Assembly: GCA_019751945.1 (NCBI GenBank)
Contig: JAIEMT010000001.1
Span: 6,635-70,634 of the forward strand
Source of the DNA: a bacterium
GTDB taxonomy: Bacteria; Bdellovibrionota; UBA1018
Length of the DNA: 64,000 bases
Direction: 5' to 3'
The notes beneath the pieces were generated by a model that saw only the letters and a list, made by a program, of their open reading frames with translations, was not told the DNA's origin and searched no databases. The stretch's first letter is position 1. Every line of letters begins with the position of its first letter. The position numbers were made by a program, and so were the translations under genes. Shown one piece after another: positions 40,220 to 50,020 of the stretch.

Positions 40220-41065
40220 CTATGGCGTCACATTGCCAGAGGCGATGAACTTTCGCAATCGATCGACAAACTCTATTCGCTTTTCAAAGGGAAGGCCGTG
40301 CCCCGTTCCTGGAAAAGTTTCGAACTGAATGCTGGGAAATTCGGCGAGATTTTTTTGTTCCTGCTCAAACTGTTCCTGCGTCCAAACGGTGCTAGTTTCG
40401 CCGCGTAAAACCAGTACAGGAATTTTTTTTGCTCCGGCTTCCCGAATCCATTCTCGGACCGAAGAGTCGCGAGCGGAATGAATGGTTTCGATCAATGCTG
40501 CGCGGTCGAAGGGGAAAATAATTTCTCCGGGTTGGCTTCCAGGTAGGGCGACGGCCATTAGGTATTGACCGATAGCGGGATCCGGAGCTTCCCGAGCCAT
40601 GAACTCGCGACCTTCGGCTCGAGTGGCAAATCGCATCGGTATCTTTTTTAGAAACTCGGCGAGATTTTCTCCCAAGCCTCCTCCCGCTACTCCCGAAAAA
40701 CCCAAATCCACTAAGACTAGGCCCTTCACCCATTCTGGTTTGAGATGCACTACAGCACAAGCGGTTCGCACCCCCATGGAGTGGCCGACCACCCAGGCGG
40801 GGTGAAAATTCTCGGCGTCGAGCGTCTCGACGATGTCGCGGCCGAATTCTAATGGCGTATATTTGGGGCGATCGCGGCCCCCGGGTTTTGCTGCAATCTG
40901 ACTTCCGCCGTGACCGCGCTGATCGAGTGCAATTAAATTGAAGTCTTTCTCAAGGCTTGCTGCAATGGGTCGCCAAAGTGAGCCGGTTCCGCCCATGCCG
41001 TGGAGGAAAATGATTTTTTCTGAACTCTCGTTAGCTTGTCCCCAACGAGAAAATGCAAGTTTCAT
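40220..41065 (-). CDS. Alpha/beta hydrolase (YbfF-like esterase)
   Basis: LHGMGG, DQRGHGGS, GHSMG, GTGH. Confidence 0.88.
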   Translation of the reverse strand: MKLAFSRWGQANESSEKIIFLHGMGGTGSLWRPIAASLEKDFNLIALDQRGHGGSQIAAKPGGRDRPKYTPLEFGRDIVETLDAENFHPAWVVGHSMGVRTACAVVHLKPEWVKGLVLVDLGFSGVAGGGLGENLAEFLKKIPMRFATRAEGREFMAREAPDPAIGQYLMAVALPGSQPGEIIFPFDRAALIETIHSARDSSVREWIREAGAKKIPVLVLRGETSTVWTQEQFEQEQKNLAEFPSIQFETFPGTGHGLPFEKRIEFVDRLRKFIASGNVTP

Positions 41066-41115
41066 AGCAACTCCTCTTGCTGCTGGGCAGACCCTGGATT
41101 AGCATACCTCCCGTT

Positions 41116-42402
41116 GTGGGATCTAAAAATCAGAAAAAGCGTCAGCAGCCTCGTTCGTCTGTGCAGGCCTTTCACGAACAGATTTTTGAGGCATTAGAGC
41201 TCGGTTACGTTCTTACGGAGAAGTGTGAACTTGAGAAGGCGAAAGAAGCCTTCGTCGAGGCCCTCGATCTTTCCAAGAAGTTTAGGGATTTCCGTGCGCA
41301 GGCTGAAGCGATTTCTTGTTTGCTGTGGTTAGCTGGTGAAGCCAACGATCCTGCCTCGATCGAACATTGGGAACGAGAGCTCGATTCCTTCATTCGCACG
41401 CGCCCCAAGCATGTGCCGCCGATGGTTTGGTACTGTAAAGGCGCTATTGCTCGACACCAGAAAGAATATCGGGTTGCTCAACGCCATTTTCATCGCTACT
41501 TGCGTGGCACCATTCAAGATGGAAAAGAGAATTATCCCGCAGGCGCGCGCGTTCCAACGACTGCGACGTCGGGTGTTCTCTATTCGGCCGGTGCTCGGAC
41601 TTATGATGAAGCTGTTGCTCGCGGCTGGGCGATGTTGGCCATCGTTTTACATCAACGAGGATTCGTGGGTCGCGCCAAGTGGCTCGCACAAGAAATCTTA
41701 AGACGCTACGAAACCAAAAAGCCGCGCACAGTGATGGGCCTGCTCTATTTATTCTTGGGCAAACTTGCTGAGCTCAAACGCGAACTCAATGAAGCTGTAA
41801 AACTTTATCAGCGAGCGCATGCGAGTTTCTTGGGTGAGCACAATTGGTATTATCACCTGCACGTTCTTTATGCATACGCGCGCATCGCGCGATTGCAGCA
41901 AAATTATCCGCAGGCCTACTGGTATTTGGATTTGCTTGAGAAGGCGACTTCCGGGTCTGGATTTGGCGCCATCAAGAAAGAAATTCTGGCCGAGAAGAAT
42001 CGGTTGGAACAAGACGCTGTAGATCTTTTGATTGACGGCGAACATGGAGTGATTCGAACACGAGAAGGGGGACAGATCTCTCTTCGGAAGCAGTATGTGC
42101 TGCTCAATATTCTCGAAGCACTCTCAGAGGCTCATGGACGTGACGATCAACTGAGCCGAGGCCTGTCAAAGGCTGAGATCATCGAACGAGTTTGGAATGA
42201 GCGCTATCGACCAGAAGCGCATGACAACAAGCTCTATTACAACATCAATCGGTTGAGAAAGCTGATTGAGCCTGACATCCGAAATCCGCAGTACTTGTTG
42301 AATTGGAGAGAGGGGTATCGGTTAGCGCCGGGCCTTCGTATTCAATTCATTCACGAGATGGTCAGGCCAGAGTCGTTACAAAAATCTGAGGGGGATAGGT
42401 AA
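41116..42402 (+). CDS. TPR-repeat protein with C-terminal winged-helix DNA-binding domain
   Basis: Helical repeats; SKAEIIERVW..Y....HDNKLYYNINRLRKLIEPD..GYRL (Trans_reg_C-like); GTG 41116 preferred over 41077. Confidence 0.8.
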   Translation: MGSKNQKKRQQPRSSVQAFHEQIFEALELGYVLTEKCELEKAKEAFVEALDLSKKFRDFRAQAEAISCLLWLAGEANDPASIEHWERELDSFIRTRPKHVPPMVWYCKGAIARHQKEYRVAQRHFHRYLRGTIQDGKENYPAGARVPTTATSGVLYSAGARTYDEAVARGWAMLAIVLHQRGFVGRAKWLAQEILRRYETKKPRTVMGLLYLFLGKLAELKRELNEAVKLYQRAHASFLGEHNWYYHLHVLYAYARIARLQQNYPQAYWYLDLLEKATSGSGFGAIKKEILAEKNRLEQDAVDLLIDGEHGVIRTREGGQISLRKQYVLLNILEALSEAHGRDDQLSRGLSKAEIIERVWNERYRPEAHDNKLYYNINRLRKLIEPDIRNPQYLLNWREGYRLAPGLRIQFIHEMVRPESLQKSEGDR

Positions 42403-42830
42403 TGTTACAGAAATTTTTCGGAATGGCTGCTTTACTGACAGCTGTTGTTTCGTATTCGGGTCCGGTCCGGGCCGGTGGCGGAGAAATTCCAACGCCGTTA
42501 GATGTCGGCCCTGGAAAGATGGAACTCGCTGACGGCGAAAAGTACAATCTCTACGGTCGAATCGTAACGACCACAGCAGGCGTCGTTTATTTCGAGGTGG
42601 ATTTGAACCTCCACCGCGCACTAGCGAATCAGAAACGCGTGCGCTTCCCCTACTATCCGATTGCCGATGGTTACCAGTTCGACCTTAGCCGCTTCAAAAA
42701 CAAGCTGGTGAAGATCTATGTGGAAGCCAAGATGCAAGTCTTGATGTCGACGGAAGGTGAAACGTCGCCGGTGATTTTCTTGAAGCTCTTGTCGGAGCCG
42801 CTACTTCAGACTCCGACTCACGAGATTTAA
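42402..42830 (+). CDS. Secreted hypothetical protein
   Basis: Signal peptide (..PVRA); TAATG coupling to the upstream gene. Confidence 0.7.
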   Translation: MLQKFFGMAALLTAVVSYSGPVRAGGGEIPTPLDVGPGKMELADGEKYNLYGRIVTTTAGVVYFEVDLNLHRALANQKRVRFPYYPIADGYQFDLSRFKNKLVKIYVEAKMQVLMSTEGETSPVIFLKLLSEPLLQTPTHEI

Positions 42831-42836
42831 AGAGGT

Positions 42837-45833
42837 TTAGGGCGAAGAAGTCGGAAGAACTTCCCGTCCGCCTTGGGTCTGAAACCGATAGCCATTTTGC
42901 GCGAGAATCGTGCCTGTAATGGAGTCCGTACTTTCAACCAGGGCATGGGGTGGGCCGGCTGCAATGATCTCGCCCCCGTTGGTTCCCCCTCCGGGCCCGA
43001 GATCAATGACCCAATCAGCCTGAGCAATGACATCCATGTGGTGCTCAATCATGATCACGCTGTGGCGCGAGTCGACCAAGTCTTGAACCACGCCTAAGAG
43101 TTTCTTCACGTCTTCTAAGTGGAGTCCCGTGGTGGGTTCATCAAAAATATAGAGCAGGTTTTCAGACGATCGATCGTCTAAGACGGCAGCGATCTTCAGG
43201 CGCTGAGATTCTCCTCCCGAAAGAGTGGCGCCCGATTGGCCAATCTGGAGATAGCCGAGGCCGACATCCCGCAAGATTCCAAATTTTCGAATCAGAATGG
43301 GATTGTCTCGGAAAAGCTCGTAAGCCTCATCAATCGTGGTGTGCAAAAGCTGGCTGATGTCTTTGCCTCGGTACGTGATGTCCAAGACATTCTTTTTGAA
43401 TCGTTTGCCTTCACACTCTTCGCAGGGCAATCGCACTTCCGCCATGAAATGCATGTCGAGAGTGATTTCGCCCTCGCCCTTACAAACCGGGCAGCGTCCG
43501 CCGTCCACGTTGAAAGAAAAGTGTTGAGGCGTGTAGCCTCGGCGCAACGAAAGCACTTGGTTCGCGTAGATGCGACGAATTTCGTCCCAAGCTTTCAAAT
43601 ACGTCGCCGGGTTGGAGCGCGAGCTCTTTCCAATGGGAGTTTGATCTAGCATCACTACGCCACTGATTTGTTCGGCACCGTAGAGACGGTCGAAGCGACC
43701 TACCGGATCCGTTGTGCGATAAAAAAGTTTAGAAAGAGAATTGAACAGCGTTTTATGAACGAGCGAACTTTTCCCAGAACCCGAAACTCCGGTCACCACC
43801 ACGAAGCGATCGAGGGGGAATTCTGCTTCCCGAATTCGTAAATTATTTTCGCGGCAGCCCGAGAGCTTAATGAAGCGCTTCGGGGGTGGCCGGCGAGGAC
43901 GGGAATCCGAAAGCCCAAATACCCCCGACAAGTATTTTCCGGTCACGCTGCCGGGTTGTTCTTGGAGCTCTTGGCTCGTGCCCTGGGCAATCAGTTCGCC
44001 ACCTCGGCGGCCAGCTCCTGGGCCGAGTTCAATCAAGTAGTCCGCAGCTTTCATGACTTCCAAATCATGTTCCACGACCACGACCGTATTTCCCTGATCC
44101 CGCAGGCGGTGCAGAATTTTAATCAGCCGGTGCGTATCGGACTGGTGCAAGCCGATGGAGGGCTCGTCCAAAATATAGAGGGTTCCGCAGAGACCGTTTC
44201 CGAGCTGGGTAGCCAAACAGATGCGTTGAAATTCTCCACCCGAGAGAGTTTTTGCCATGCGACCCAGGGTGAGGTAGCCCACGCCCACTTCTTCTAGGAA
44301 TGAAAAACGTCTTTCGACCTGGTTTAAAATTTCCCGCGCAATCTTCTTCTCATTGGCCGAGAGTTTCAGACCGCGAATCCATTTCAAGCTGTCGGAGATG
44401 GATCGTTCCATCACTTCCGAAATCGAAGCCCCTTCGATTTTCACTGCCAACGCTTCAGGCTTTAGTCGATTGCCTTTGCAATTCGAGCAAAGGGTTTGGC
44501 TCTGATAGCGGCGAATAAAAACGCGAATGTGTAATTTGTATTTCCAGCGCTTCAGTTCTTCGAAGCAAGCCAAGATGCCGGGGAAAATATTCTTCCGCGG
44601 TTTTCCGTTCACAATGTCGACCGGGTCGCCTTCCCAAAGAAGTTTCTTTTCTAACGGAGTGAGATCGCGATAGCGCTTGCCAATTGAGATGCCGTGCTTT
44701 TCAGCGAACTGAAACATCTCGGCTTGCCAGTCTTGGTGCGAAGGCTTCGAGAAAGGATCGATGGCGCCGTTCTTTAAGGTCTTGGTGGGGTCCGGAACTA
44801 CCAAGGCTTCATCGATGTCCAGGGTGAAGCCAAACCCACTACACTTTGGACACGCGCCGATCGGACTGTTCGAAGAAAAGAGCAGCGGTTCGGGTACGCG
44901 GTGCTCGAGGCCGCAGTTCACGCAGGAAAAACGGAGGTCCATGCTCTTCCACTCGGCGTGATCGTCCGCGCCGAGATCTACAAACGCGATCGACCCTTGG
45001 CCCACCCGTAAAGCTTGTTCGATCGAATCCAAGATTCGGCTTCGACTTTCGTCGTCGATCGGGGGAGCACCCAAGCGAATTCGATCGATAATGACAAAGA
45101 GATTTCCCTGCGCCAGAGCTTCTGGCTTTAACTTCTTAAATTCTTCGGCATCGGGTTCTTGTAAATCGAGTTGTACTGCAACGAATTTTCCGTCGGCCGC
45201 TTTTTTTCGCCACACGAGGCGAGTGAACCCTTGCTCCATCAAAAGCTGAAAGAGGGTGTTGAGCGAGGCTCCTGCTGGCAGGGGTTTTTTCTTCGCCGCT
45301 TTGGGGGCTTTTTTCTTACCCTTCTTCGCGGGCGTCTCCGGCACTTCGGATTCTCGGGTTTTCAACGGCGCAGTGATGAGCGCCTTTTTTCCGGGAAGCC
45401 ATTCCAAGCCCCAGTTCAAAATATTCTCAGCGTCGAGTTTTTTGACCTCGCCTCCGCAGCGCATGCACTGAGTTTTACCGATCTTTGCGAACATCAATCG
45501 CAGGTAGTCCACGATCTCGGTTTGCGACCCGACGGTACTTCGGGAATTGATGACGTGATTGCGTTGTTCGAGAGCAATGGCAGGAGGAATATTGGCCACC
45601 GAATCGATGTCGGGCTTCGGCATCTTTTCTAAGAACTGGCGGGTATAGGTCGAAAGGCTTTCCACGTAGCGCCGTTGGCCCTCGGCATAGAGGGTGTCGA
45701 AGACCAGGGAACTCTTCCCGCTGCCGGACAGGCCCGTGACCACCGAAAGCTGCTTGGCCGGGAAGCTCACAGTGATATTTTTCAGGTTGTTCTGCCGGAC
45801 CCCGGTAAGTTGGATAGAGCGCAAGAGCGTCAC
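42837..45833 (-). CDS. uvrA: Excinuclease ABC subunit A
   Basis: GLSGSGKSSLVFDTLYAEGQRRY, Zn fingers, LSGGE, second GVSGSGKS; start uncertain (45833-45854). Confidence 0.93.
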   Translation of the reverse strand: MTLLRSIQLTGVRQNNLKNITVSFPAKQLSVVTGLSGSGKSSLVFDTLYAEGQRRYVESLSTYTRQFLEKMPKPDIDSVANIPPAIALEQRNHVINSRSTVGSQTEIVDYLRLMFAKIGKTQCMRCGGEVKKLDAENILNWGLEWLPGKKALITAPLKTRESEVPETPAKKGKKKAPKAAKKKPLPAGASLNTLFQLLMEQGFTRLVWRKKAADGKFVAVQLDLQEPDAEEFKKLKPEALAQGNLFVIIDRIRLGAPPIDDESRSRILDSIEQALRVGQGSIAFVDLGADDHAEWKSMDLRFSCVNCGLEHRVPEPLLFSSNSPIGACPKCSGFGFTLDIDEALVVPDPTKTLKNGAIDPFSKPSHQDWQAEMFQFAEKHGISIGKRYRDLTPLEKKLLWEGDPVDIVNGKPRKNIFPGILACFEELKRWKYKLHIRVFIRRYQSQTLCSNCKGNRLKPEALAVKIEGASISEVMERSISDSLKWIRGLKLSANEKKIAREILNQVERRFSFLEEVGVGYLTLGRMAKTLSGGEFQRICLATQLGNGLCGTLYILDEPSIGLHQSDTHRLIKILHRLRDQGNTVVVVEHDLEVMKAADYLIELGPGAGRRGGELIAQGTSQELQEQPGSVTGKYLSGVFGLSDSRPRRPPPKRFIKLSGCRENNLRIREAEFPLDRFVVVTGVSGSGKSSLVHKTLFNSLSKLFYRTTDPVGRFDRLYGAEQISGVVMLDQTPIGKSSRSNPATYLKAWDEIRRIYANQVLSLRRGYTPQHFSFNVDGGRCPVCKGEGEITLDMHFMAEVRLPCEECEGKRFKKNVLDITYRGKDISQLLHTTIDEAYELFRDNPILIRKFGILRDVGLGYLQIGQSGATLSGGESQRLKIAAVLDDRSSENLLYIFDEPTTGLHLEDVKKLLGVVQDLVDSRHSVIMIEHHMDVIAQADWVIDLGPGGGTNGGEIIAAGPPHALVESTDSITGTILAQNGYRFQTQGGREVLPTSSP

Positions 45834-45962
45834 TATACACTGAAAACTGTACAAACCTTAAACAAAACAAGGTGGTAGCAGAGTGACACCGCTCTGCGTT
45901 GTGTGCTTGAAAACCCTTATGATTTTCACTGGGTAAGGTTGGAGTCCGGATTTCGCGCACCC

Positions 45963-45978
45963 TGGCATTCGACTTGCT
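45963..45978 (+). promoter_or_regulatory. Sigma54-type -24/-12 promoter
   Basis: TGGCAT-N5-TTGCT, about 30 nt before GTG 46009. Confidence 0.6.
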
Positions 45979-46008
45979 TAATGCACGACCGCGAAAGGAA
46001 GTGTGCAC

Positions 46009-46371
46009 GTGGAAGCGATTACATTACAAAGATTTGCACAAAGATTTTTCTGGTTCGGTTTTGGGCTCGCCTTAGGTGGCGTGACCATCTCGTTGGCTAT
46101 GGCTTCGGTGCCATCCAACCGGGGTGGCAAAACTCGCGTGACTGACGATACCGTCATTTACCAGAACCTTTCTGAAATCCGAGTTCCCAAAGAGAAGGCT
46201 CCGAATTTTGATTCGGACATCGAAAAGCTTTCTTCAATGGAACACCGATATAAAGAGAAGCTCCCCCCGCGATTGGTTAGCCCGATCCAGCGGATCTCTC
46301 ATCAGAAATACAAATATTCGGGAAGCAAAAGTAAAGCACCTCGCGTTTCTCGCGCGAAGTCGCTGAACTAA
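46009..46371 (+). CDS. Small membrane/exported basic hypothetical protein
   Basis: RBS GAAAGGAAG; N-terminal hydrophobic segment. Confidence 0.6.
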   Translation: MEAITLQRFAQRFFWFGFGLALGGVTISLAMASVPSNRGGKTRVTDDTVIYQNLSEIRVPKEKAPNFDSDIEKLSSMEHRYKEKLPPRLVSPIQRISHQKYKYSGSKSKAPRVSRAKSLN

Positions 46372-46407
46372 TTTTTGGTCAGTGCAATCAGCCTGGGTAA
46401 GGCGGAT

Positions 46408-47292
46408 CTATTTGGAGGCTTTGCTTCCAGAGATGCTCTGTCTTGCCCAGCTGAAAGCCGTGTCCTTGTATTTCTTCTCTACTTTTTTAAACAAACTCTC
46501 TTGAATGCCAGTGCGAGTGAAATAATCCGCCGGGTCTTCTGATTTCATCACCATCAGAGACGCGGGTCCGCGTGCTCCGGCAAAGTCCATCGAGTTGGAC
46601 GAGTCGCCGCTGCCACTCGCAGCGCCGCCGCCGAATCCCATTGAACTTCCTAATTTATTAAACCAAGAAAGCGTGCCGCCCGCAGCGCCGCTCGCTCCTC
46701 CGCCCACTCGGGCGTTGGGAATACCGCCGGCTACTGCTTCAGAACCCGCAGCGCCGTCCACGCCTGCAGCCGTTTTCATTCCTCCGAGTTCGCTTGCACC
46801 AGAGGTCGAATTATTTGAGCTGGAGCGGTTGGAACCCGAGGTTCCCACTACACCTGCGGTTGCTCCCATTCCAGGGAGTGCACCCGTCGAGCTGCTGATG
46901 GTGTGACCACCGCTGCCTGGGCCATCTAAACTTCCGATTCCACCGGCTGTCGCCGATGCGATTTGCGCTCCGCCTTTGGCAATCTGATTGCCGGGGCCTA
47001 AGAGGCTTTCTGCAATCGAAGCGGCTTGTCTGGCGGCAGCGACAGCACCGGAGCCGGCCTTCAAGGCGTCGTTCACGCTCGTATCATCGGGTGTTTGGCT
47101 CGCGCAGTTTCCAGTGAAACTAATTTGTCGGCCCTGACCATCGCAACACTGTGCAGGAAGGGGTTTCAGCGGATTCGAGAGCGGACAGAGCCCGCCCACG
47201 CTCAAGGTCGGAATGTCTCCCCCCCTTTCGCTACACGACTGGCCGATGGCCAGAAGCAATCCTAAAAAACCCCAGCGGAAGAGTGATTTCAT
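46408..47292 (-). CDS. Gly/Ser-rich lipoprotein
   Basis: Lipobox-like GQSC, Cys cluster, long G/S/A linker, C-terminal SLFKKVEKKY helix. Confidence 0.7.
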   Translation of the reverse strand: MKSLFRWGFLGLLLAIGQSCSERGGDIPTLSVGGLCPLSNPLKPLPAQCCDGQGRQISFTGNCASQTPDDTSVNDALKAGSGAVAAARQAASIAESLLGPGNQIAKGGAQIASATAGGIGSLDGPGSGGHTISSSTGALPGMGATAGVVGTSGSNRSSSNNSTSGASELGGMKTAAGVDGAAGSEAVAGGIPNARVGGGASGAAGGTLSWFNKLGSSMGFGGGAASGSGDSSNSMDFAGARGPASLMVMKSEDPADYFTRTGIQESLFKKVEKKYKDTAFSWARQSISGSKASK

Positions 47293-48449
47293 GATTTGTC
47301 CACCTTCCAGGGTTGAAGCATGTTCTTAAACGTCTGACGAATTTGAACCGGATAGCAAGAATTTCCGCAGCTGTTGAGACAGGATTCGCAGGCTCCTCGA
47401 TTAAATCGCGGACGCCCCCTTCGGAAAGTCACTCGGCAAGCGCCGCTGCACTGTCCACCACACTGGCTGTTACAAGCGGCGCTCACGCCTTTTTGAATTT
47501 CGTTTGAAAAGAAGGCTTCGGTATTGCCGAAGACGCGGCGGTAATCTTCACCCGCGCGGGCCATCACTTCGCAAGAAGCGAGTTGAACCGTAGCTGATTC
47601 GAGAGCCGCTCGTGCCGTACAAAGTTGCTGGGCACTTTGGCGAAGCGGACCTAAGTCCGGGTTCGCCGAGTTTGCAGCGTGTTCGAAATCTTCGACCTGA
47701 CATTTTTTGACTTCAGCGACTTGATCTGGGCCGACGTTGGCGATCAAGCGATTGGAAAGGTCTTTGGTTTTTCCGCCGAGTTCCGTGATTTCAGTCGCTA
47801 GGTCTTGGCAGCTTGCCGAGTAGGTGACTTGGTTCTGAGATTTCATTTCACCCACTACCTTATTGAGGTGGAATGCAATCATCTGAGTCCATCCGCCACG
47901 AATATAACCGGCTTCGCGACTTCCGAACTGGGCCGCTCCACCCATGATCAGACCGGTGCGGGCGCTTCGGCCTTGAATGCTCACGCGAACATTGATGAAG
48001 TTGCCGCAAGTTTCGCCGATGTGATTGACGGCGCCGCCGCTCGTGTCGCCCTCGGGTTTGTAATCATTATACTGGTGGGGCAAGAGATCGCAGACGGGCT
48101 TGCCGAAGTAGTAACCTTTGCCGCCCACGGAGTCGGCAGTGCCGCCTTCTTGGGTGCTGACTTTTTCGCCGCGACGGTAGAGCAGGTCGACGTGCGTTTT
48201 GACTTTCGTTTCTAAGTCTTTGGTGACGAGGTCGACGACGTCTCCGCACTTTTGAAGGAAGACGTTCGAACCATCGCTCGAACAAGGGAGCTTCATGACG
48301 TTGCCGTTTGCTCCAATGGCTTGGCCAAGGGGTGCACCAAAGGGTGCAACGGAACCGCTGATCGGTAAAAGTAAGAGACCGGCGACGGTAATTCCTGCTG
48401 AGGTGATCAGCGTGCGAGTCCCACCAGTCCGAAATGAAAAGAATTTCAT
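47289..48449 (-). CDS. Cys-rich exported protein
   Basis: ATG 48449; hydrophobic N-terminus; C-terminal CxxxCxxxCxxxC..CxxCxxxCxxxC. Confidence 0.7.
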   Translation of the reverse strand: MKFFSFRTGGTRTLITSAGITVAGLLLLPISGSVAPFGAPLGQAIGANGNVMKLPCSSDGSNVFLQKCGDVVDLVTKDLETKVKTHVDLLYRRGEKVSTQEGGTADSVGGKGYYFGKPVCDLLPHQYNDYKPEGDTSGGAVNHIGETCGNFINVRVSIQGRSARTGLIMGGAAQFGSREAGYIRGGWTQMIAFHLNKVVGEMKSQNQVTYSASCQDLATEITELGGKTKDLSNRLIANVGPDQVAEVKKCQVEDFEHAANSANPDLGPLRQSAQQLCTARAALESATVQLASCEVMARAGEDYRRVFGNTEAFFSNEIQKGVSAACNSQCGGQCSGACRVTFRRGRPRFNRGACESCLNSCGNSCYPVQIRQTFKNMLQPWKVDKS

Positions 48450-48611
48450 CTGGGATCCCCTTTTCCCAAAAAAAGTAACGTGAGCCTCTACCCCAAAAAA
48501 CATAAGAGGCTTACATTGATTGTAATGGAACCCGTTTTAATTGACAATATTAGTCTGAAAATAGGTTTGAAAGGCCGGGGAGTGTCTGGTCAGACACAGG
48601 GGATAGTCGCC

Positions 48612-49175
48612 ATGAAAGCTGCCATGAAGCTTAAAATCCAGCTCATCACCTTATTGGGGTCATTGGGGCTATTTTTAACCGGAATCCCCCTCGGATGGGC
48701 AGCTCCGGGTGACCAACTGCGTCTTACTCAGGCCGAGGCCGCAGTCGCAAAAGCCCGCCGCGAATACTTCAATGCCCTCAAACAGAACCCCGGAATGAGC
48801 GCCGCCGACCAAGAATCTCTGCGCAAGCGAACCGTCGACCCCGCCAATGAAAACCTGAACAAGATTGTGAGCGAGATCGAAAAGTCCGCGGTCGATGCGT
48901 ATACGAAGCCAGCTGACCGAAACAAGCCGGAAGACCAGTTTCTTTTCCAGGAACCCAAGGCACCCTCAGAGGGAGAAGGGGATGATGAAGCCCCCGAAGG
49001 TCTAAAGCCCCCGGCCCCAACCGCGTCGGCTCTGCCCAGTACGCCTCCAGACAAGAAGAACGAGCCTAAAATCACGGTCGGCCCAAAGGGGAAGAAGGCG
49101 CCCGAGGCCGTCGTCATCGATGGCAGCAACGTGCCGAGCGAAATCACTTTCGAAAAGAAGCCCAAAAAGCCTTAA
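48612..49175 (+). CDS. Secreted protein with Pro/Lys-rich low-complexity tail
   Basis: Signal peptide (..LGWA); start 48612 or 48624. Confidence 0.65.
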   Translation: MKAAMKLKIQLITLLGSLGLFLTGIPLGWAAPGDQLRLTQAEAAVAKARREYFNALKQNPGMSAADQESLRKRTVDPANENLNKIVSEIEKSAVDAYTKPADRNKPEDQFLFQEPKAPSEGEGDDEAPEGLKPPAPTASALPSTPPDKKNEPKITVGPKGKKAPEAVVIDGSNVPSEITFEKKPKKP

Positions 49176-49219
49176 CCGACTCATTTGGTCTTTGTTTTTC
49201 TATAGCAGAAGTGTAATAA

Positions 49220-49678
49220 GTGGACGTGATGTTGAAGATCTACTTTGCTCTCACCGCTCTGCTCCCCGCAGTAGCCCTGGCTAGTCCGATGACCTACGAA
49301 ATCAAGGTAGCTTCGCCGTGCTTTCAGCCGAATGTAGATCCCCGCGAGTTCAATACTTTATTTCAGCGGTTTGATAACTGGGACGAAGCGAATGGTTACT
49401 TTGAGCGCTTGAAAGACGTGCTTGCTCGAAACTATTGTCGCCCTGAGCCGAGCTGCACTGCTGAGGTGCACGGTCGTGTTTTTCCAGCCTTGAAGAGTGA
49501 CCCGGCTCCGAATGGGTACTCGACTCGTGTGGTTTGGGTGAACTGCGTTCAGAAAACGCCCTGTCAGGTGACCGAGGCAGAGTACTACGCCTACTACGGA
49601 AGTTTGGGCGGGGGCTACGGCCCGACCCGACCCACCGGTCCACTCATTCCAGCCCGTTGCCAGCCTCGGTACCCTTAA
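49220..49678 (+). CDS. Secreted Cys-rich hypothetical protein
   Basis: Signal peptide (..VALA); six mature Cys. Confidence 0.7.
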   Translation: MDVMLKIYFALTALLPAVALASPMTYEIKVASPCFQPNVDPREFNTLFQRFDNWDEANGYFERLKDVLARNYCRPEPSCTAEVHGRVFPALKSDPAPNGYSTRVVWVNCVQKTPCQVTEAEYYAYYGSLGGGYGPTRPTGPLIPARCQPRYP

Positions 49679-49796
49679 GTCGAGGGTGAGACGGCGAAGA
49701 TCTCTCCCCCCACTAATATGGCAGTGAGTCAAATCACTGGGAGCTCTGATAGAAGTCCCCCCAGACGGGGATTCACGTTCCCATTTCCCCCCCCCT

Positions 49797-49869
49797 TCGC
49801 CTTTGGTTGGGTTTGGTTGGTTTCTAAAAGAGGAGTCCTCCCGTCCCAACCAAACCCAACCAAAGGCGA
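49797..49869. repeat. Perfect 24-bp inverted repeat, core of a larger imperfect palindromic element
   Basis: TCGCCTTTGGTTGGGTTTGGTTGG-N25-CCAACCAAACCCAACCAAAGGCGA. Confidence 0.9.
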
Positions 49870-50020
49870 GAGGGTCGGGAATTGCAGAGGCTTGGGGGAG
49901 TTGCCTGCTAATGGATGACTCAATGAGCTTAGATTGGTGAGCTTCCCTGCTTTGTTCCCGCTTGATCCGCCTGGGTAACTCCGCTAAGACACTTAGAAAC
50001 CTATTTTATAAGGAGCTTCT

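Noticed and set aside
49930-50020. SAH riboswitch upstream of ahcY
   Set aside because: The conserved GAGGAGCGUUGC..GGCUC..GCGCUC core was not found; GAGGAG at about 49830 continues differently
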